Shown in pieces: positions 59,007 to 64,000 of a stretch of 64,000 nucleotides of DNA (position 1 is its first letter; every line of letters starts with the position of its first letter). The notes beneath the pieces are model-generated. The model was not told the origin of the DNA, did no database searches, and saw only the letters and a program-made list of their open reading frames with translations. The translations under genes and the position numbers were made by a program. The DNA is from Octopus vulgaris. Taxonomy: Eukaryota. The DNA is taken from the NCBI GenBank assembly GCA_951406725.2, contig OX597837.1, positions 14,384,001-14,448,000 of the forward strand. The letters are read 5' to 3'.

Positions 59007-59523
59007 TGTGTGTGTGTGTTTGTTTGTTTTGTGTATGTATTTGTGTCCCCTACCATCGCTTGACAACTTAGCAGTTTGGCAAAAGAGACCATTATAATAA
59101 GTACCAGGTTTACAAAGAATAAGTTCTTGGGTCGATTTCTACAACTAAAAGGTGGTGCTCCAGCGTGGCCGCAGTCAAATGACTGAAACAAGTAAAAGAA
59201 CAAAAGATTGTATGCATGTATGTGTGTTTGCGTACGACGGGCTTCCACACAGTTTCCATCTACCAAATTCACTCACAAGGCATTGGTTGGCCGGGGTTAT
59301 AGTAGAAGACACTTGCTCAAGGTGCTGCCCAACGGGACCGAACCCGAAACCACATGGTTGCAAAGTGAGCTTCATAACCACACGCGATGCCAGCACCGAT
59401 TCGTTACCACACAGCGACGTAGAGGACGATAAAAGACAATCAAGGACAGGGAGTGGATTTGGTAGACGGAAACTGTGTGGAATCCCGTCATATATATATA
59501 TATTTGTATTTGTATATATATAT

Positions 59524-61010
59524 ATCAGTTTGTTGTACAGTTTTGCAGCAATTGACATTAGAGATATACCCCTGTAGTTGGTGACGAGGGATAAATCGCC
59601 TTTTTGGGGTATTGGGATGATTTGAGATTGGTGCCAAATCTTTGGAGCGACAGAGGTGGAAAGTGTGTGGTTGCAAAGGTTGAGCAAAAGTGTGTGAAAT
59701 CTATCATCCTTCCAAATTATAGCTGGGATGTTGTCGGGACCAAATGCTTTCGAGGCCTTTAGTTGCTTGATTCTAAATCGTCTCGTCCTTTTTGTTGAAC
59801 CTTTGCTCCGAAAGAACCAAAATGGATTCAGACATGGGCGCTCAACGCTGAGCCAGATACTATGCCTACGCAGACTTATTGAAGAATCAAAAGCATTTAA
59901 TCGCGATCTTGCAATGGTATTTGTAGACTTTTCTAAAGCGTTCGACTCTGTAGATAGGTACAAGATGTTTGAAATCCTTAAGCTCTATGGGATACCAGAC
60001 AAAATCATTTCTGCCATCAAGGTCCTCTACACAGATACGTCATCAACCATCTTAACCCCTGACGGAGAAACATCATCTTTCTCAATCAAAGCCGGAATAC
60101 TGCAGGGAGACACACTCGCCCCATTTCTTTTCATCATTGTCGTTGACTATGTGCTACGTATGTCAGTTGATACCATCTCTGGCAAGGGCTTTGAAATAAA
60201 ACCAAGAAGAAGTTCCAGACATCCAGATGAATACTTGACAGACACTGACTTTGCTGACGACATCGCTCTTATCAGTGATTCTCTCTCCAATGCCCAGTCT
60301 CTTTTACAATCTCTTGAACAAGCCTCAAATTGTGTAGGTCTTTACCTCAATGAGGCCAAGACTGAATATATAAACAAGTGCCTGTCCAACAGTGATTGCA
60401 TCATCCATACTCTCAACAATGTGCCCTTAAATATGGTTTCTGATTACAAATATCTTGGGTCATACATATCATCATCTGGAAAAGACTGTCTAACTAGAAA
60501 GGGTATGGCCTGGTCAGCCTGTAATGACATGCATAAGATCTGGTCATCAAATCTAGGTAGAGACTTCAAACTTGAAATCTTCAAAGCCACAGTCGAACCA
60601 ATTCTACTATATGGCTCAGAAACCTGGACGTTATCAAAGAAGCTTGAGAGGCGGATGGATGGAACCTACACTCGCCTCCTTATGAGAGCTCAAAATCTCT
60701 CGTGGAAGCGCCATCCAACCAAAATGCAAATATATGGGAAACTACCACCTGTGTCATCTCTTGTGAAAGGTAGGAGAGTCCAGTTTGCTGGACATTGTTG
60801 TAGAGCTGAAAAAGAGGTAATTTCTACTCTTCTCCTCTGGAAGCCATCTACTCGTAATCCCAGAGGGCGCACACTCTCCTACCCTGATGTAATCTCCAGG
60901 GATACAGGCATCCAGCAACAGGACCTCCGTAATGCCATGATGGACCATGAAGTCTGGCGTAGCATGGTAAATTCCATTGTCTCGACCACGGTCGAACAAT
61001 GATGATGATA
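59524..61010 (+). mobile_element. RTE-group LINE insertion, 5'-truncated with an inverted 5' segment (59524-59771 on minus) and (TGA)n tail
   Basis: RT motifs QNGFR, FVDFSKAFDSV, GILQGDTLAP, DFADD, YKYLGS and LLYGSETW, uninterrupted to TGA 61002; the preceding RT segment (KAFGPDNIP...NYRGISLMSIAAKLYNKLI) lies on the opposite strand. Confidence 0.92.
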
Positions 61011-61233
61011 TATATATGTGTGTGTGTATGTGTGTGTGTGTGTGTGTTTGTCAATCCACCGTTTCTCAACCGATGTTGCTTTGTTTACGTCTCCGTAACG
61101 TAGACCAATAAAATAAGTACCAATAAAATAAGTACCACGTTTTAAAAGAAATGAGCACTAAGGTTGACTCGTTCCCCTAAACCTTTCGAGGCGATGCCCC
61201 AGTATGGCCGTAGTCCAATGACTGAAGCAAGTA

Positions 61234-61331
<98 letters not shown>

Positions 61332-62132
61332 TATAATGTATGTATTCTATAACCGGAAGTCCGTTTCGTGTTTAGTTTATATTCGAACATATCCTTGTTT
61401 TTAATCTCTTTGAATTCTCCCTGCAAAGATGGAGTTTGGTTCCTAACAGATTTATTCCATCGCTGGAACTTGGATATAAACAACAACATGGCGTGTTGAA
61501 CTGTAGAATTGTCTTAAAGATTATCAGCTTACAGATCGAATTTGCAGAATGCAAGTCAGAAGGTCATTTGGTCTGACCGGAACCTTCAACTTTTCCAGAC
61601 TTAGTAACGTAATGCTACGGGCGAATAATTTTAAGTTAACAAATGTGCAATGGTTTCGAAGCAGTTGGCCATAAATAATCTCTTTCTCGCTAATTTTTCA
61701 CTGAAATGTTTACATCCGCTCGTACAACTAATCGCCGCGGCCATATTTGTTTTCAGTTTTCTCTTGCGGAAATCTGTTTCACAAATCCGGGATGCGTGTT
61801 ATCCGGGTTTGGATTGCATAAGTGCATTCGATAAATACCCTGAATAAATTATGAGTAAAACCGATCAACGACGAATGAGAATATAGAAGTCAGAGAATAA
61901 CAGGAAACGGATCCATTCCAATCTCTTTTAACCATTTCAATATTTTCTTTGGTCAACAGCTTTATAGCATCTGGTGAAATCTTCTATCTTTTACTTGTTT
62001 CAGTCATTGAACTACGGCCATGCTAGGACACCGCCTTGAAGGGCTTGGGTGAACAAATCGACCCCAGTACTTATTCTATAGCTCTCATTTGTCGAACTTC
62101 TAACTTACGAAGGATGTAAGCAAACTAATACC

Positions 62133-62360
62133 TATTTCTTTACTACCCACAAGGGGCTAAACACAGATAGAACAAACAAGGACTAACAGATTAAGTCGAT
62201 TACATCGACCCCAGTGTGCAACTGGTACTTATTTTATAGACCCCAAAAGGATGAAAGGTAAAGTCGACCTCGGCGGAATTTGAACTCAGAACGTAACGGC
62301 AGACGAAATACGGCTACGCATTTCACCCGACGTGCTAACGATTCTGCCAGCTCGCCGCCC
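62133..62360 (-). mobile_element. Nin-like SINE nested inside a CORE-like SINE, with 16-bp TSD
   Basis: TSD taagcaaactaatacc (62117-62132) and taagcaaaccaatacc (62361-62376). Confidence 0.9.
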
Positions 62361-62649
62361 TAAGCAAACCAATACCGGTTGTCAAGCGGTGATGTGGGTC
62401 AAACACAAGCACAAAAACACACACAAGTATATATGACGTGCTTCGACACAGTTTCCGTCTACCAAATTCATTCACAAGGCATTGGTTAGCCCTGCCAAGT
62501 AGCAGATGACCTGCCCCACGTCTCTGCTGTAGGATTGAACCCGAAACCATAAAGCAAGCTTCTTAACTACATGGCCATGCCTGTGCCTATACCGAGGAAT
62601 TGTTTAACATCGTATTTCAATTTGCATTAAAAATTATCTCCCTTGCAAG

Positions 62650-62760
62650 GAGACATTTATAGAGATGATGGTTGCATTGTTTTGCGCAGAATGAACGTTT
62701 ATGAAGTTGACCGATTGTGAGAAGACCTCGTCAAATCATTTACTGAATTAATTTCACAAG
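62650..62760 (+). mobile_element. Penelope-like RT fragment
   Basis: Reads YRDDGCIVLRRMNVYEVDRL*EDLVKSF; YRDDG is a PLE RT catalytic motif. Confidence 0.55.
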
Positions 62761-62814
62761 TATCAGATAATACTAACCAGATAATACTAACCAGAGTATA
62801 ATCTTAATATAGCA

Positions 62815-63890
62815 AAGTGTGATACTGTAGCACAAGTGATCGGTGATTTTTTCCCCAGACTACTTCCATCCGTGCCCTCTAACACAGTGGAAGCGCACAA
62901 AGGATGATACAATAAAATGCAACAGTACATCTACATCAAGATATTGATGAATTTCCTCAGACTAGTTCCAACCTTTCCCTCCACCAAAGAGTGAAAGCGA
63001 GTAAAGGATTGTGTGACAAGGTGCAATAGCATGCGACAGCGATAATTTTTCCAGACCACTTCCAGCTGTGGCCTCCACCAAAGAGTAGCATCAGACAACG
63101 GAAAATGCAGTAGGATGTGACAACATGTCAAGATATTAATGATTTTTGCAAGATGACCTCCAACCGTGGCCTCTCCTAAAGTTTAACATCGGGAAAAGAT
63201 AGCGTAGCAAAATGCGGCAGTACAAAATATCGATGACTTTCCCAAGACGACTTCTAACCGTGACCTCTACCAAGAAATAGAAACTAGCAAATGGTGATGT
63301 AGTGAGGTGCAACAGTACATCACGATAGCGATGATTTTCATCAAACGCCTTCCAACCGTGCCCTCTGCCAAAGAATGGAATCGAACAAAGGATGATATAA
63401 TAAGATGCAGCAAGTCATTAAAATATTGGTGATTTTTCCCCAGACGACTTCCATCCGTGTCATCCACCAAGGAGTGACATCGAACAAAGGATGGTGTAGT
63501 AAGATGCAACAACACATCGAGATATCGATGATGATTCTCAGACCACTTCCAACCGTACCCTCCACCAAAGAGTAGCACTAGGAAAAGAATGATGTAATAA
63601 GATGCGGCAGCACATCAAGATATCGATTTCCAGCCGTGCCTTCCACAAAAAAGAGGCATCGAGCAAAGGATGATGTAATAAAATGCAGGGTGTCATGGAG
63701 ATAGTAATGATTTTCTTCAGACGACATCCATCCGTGCCCTCTACCTAGGAGTAGCATCAGACAAAGAAAGATATAGGCCAGCACATGAACATATCGACTT
63801 CTAGCCGTGCCCTCTCCCCAAGAAAGGTATCGAGCAGAGGATGAGTCAATACGATGTAACAACACAAGGGGATATCGATGATTTCCCCCC
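62815..63890. repeat. Diverged ~95-100 bp tandem repeat, about 11 units
   Basis: Recurring gatgattttcccagacgacttcca.ccgtgccctc.acc...gaacaaaggatgatg.aataa.atgc; anchors near 62864, 62967, 63060, 63160, 63252, 63350, 63449, 63547, 63628, 63727 and 63799. Confidence 0.88.
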
Positions 63891-64000
63891 AGATATGTCA
63901 GGCGTTCTGCGCCTGCGTCAAAAATGCATGTGTAGGCGCAAATTCAGCTGGTTGCGAATTCCCCCACATTATTGACAATCTAAACACGGTGTTTGCAAAC

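Noticed and set aside
62815-63890. Possible CRISPR-like array
   Set aside because: Whole units are homologous to one another, there are no unique spacers or cas genes, and the context is eukaryotic.

Overview
Eukaryotic, AT-rich, microsatellite-dense genomic DNA. The SINE families look like those of octopus, so a coleoid cephalopod origin is inferred. The only host protein-coding gene I can support is a NUDT17-like Nudix hydrolase on the minus strand: five GT-AG exons between 6945 and 393 splice into one frame with an intact Nudix box, and the gene continues off the left edge. A diverged second copy of about 1500-6879 follows a 100-N gap at 10047-15525; it has exons 2-3 but is cut inside exon 1. 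The rest is non-coding and filled with retroelements: a nearly intact CR1-group LINE with a tandem-CCCH ORF1 missed by the ORF track, an RTE-group LINE with a 5' inversion, two R4/Dong-type fragments (one inside a (TAA)n array), Penelope-like relics with degenerate hammerhead motifs, a Tc1/mariner end, two tRNA-derived SINE families and a ~97-bp minisatellite. Almost all long ORFs in the track are translations of simple repeats. I found no convincing new multi-gene system; the most novel-looking signals are structural.
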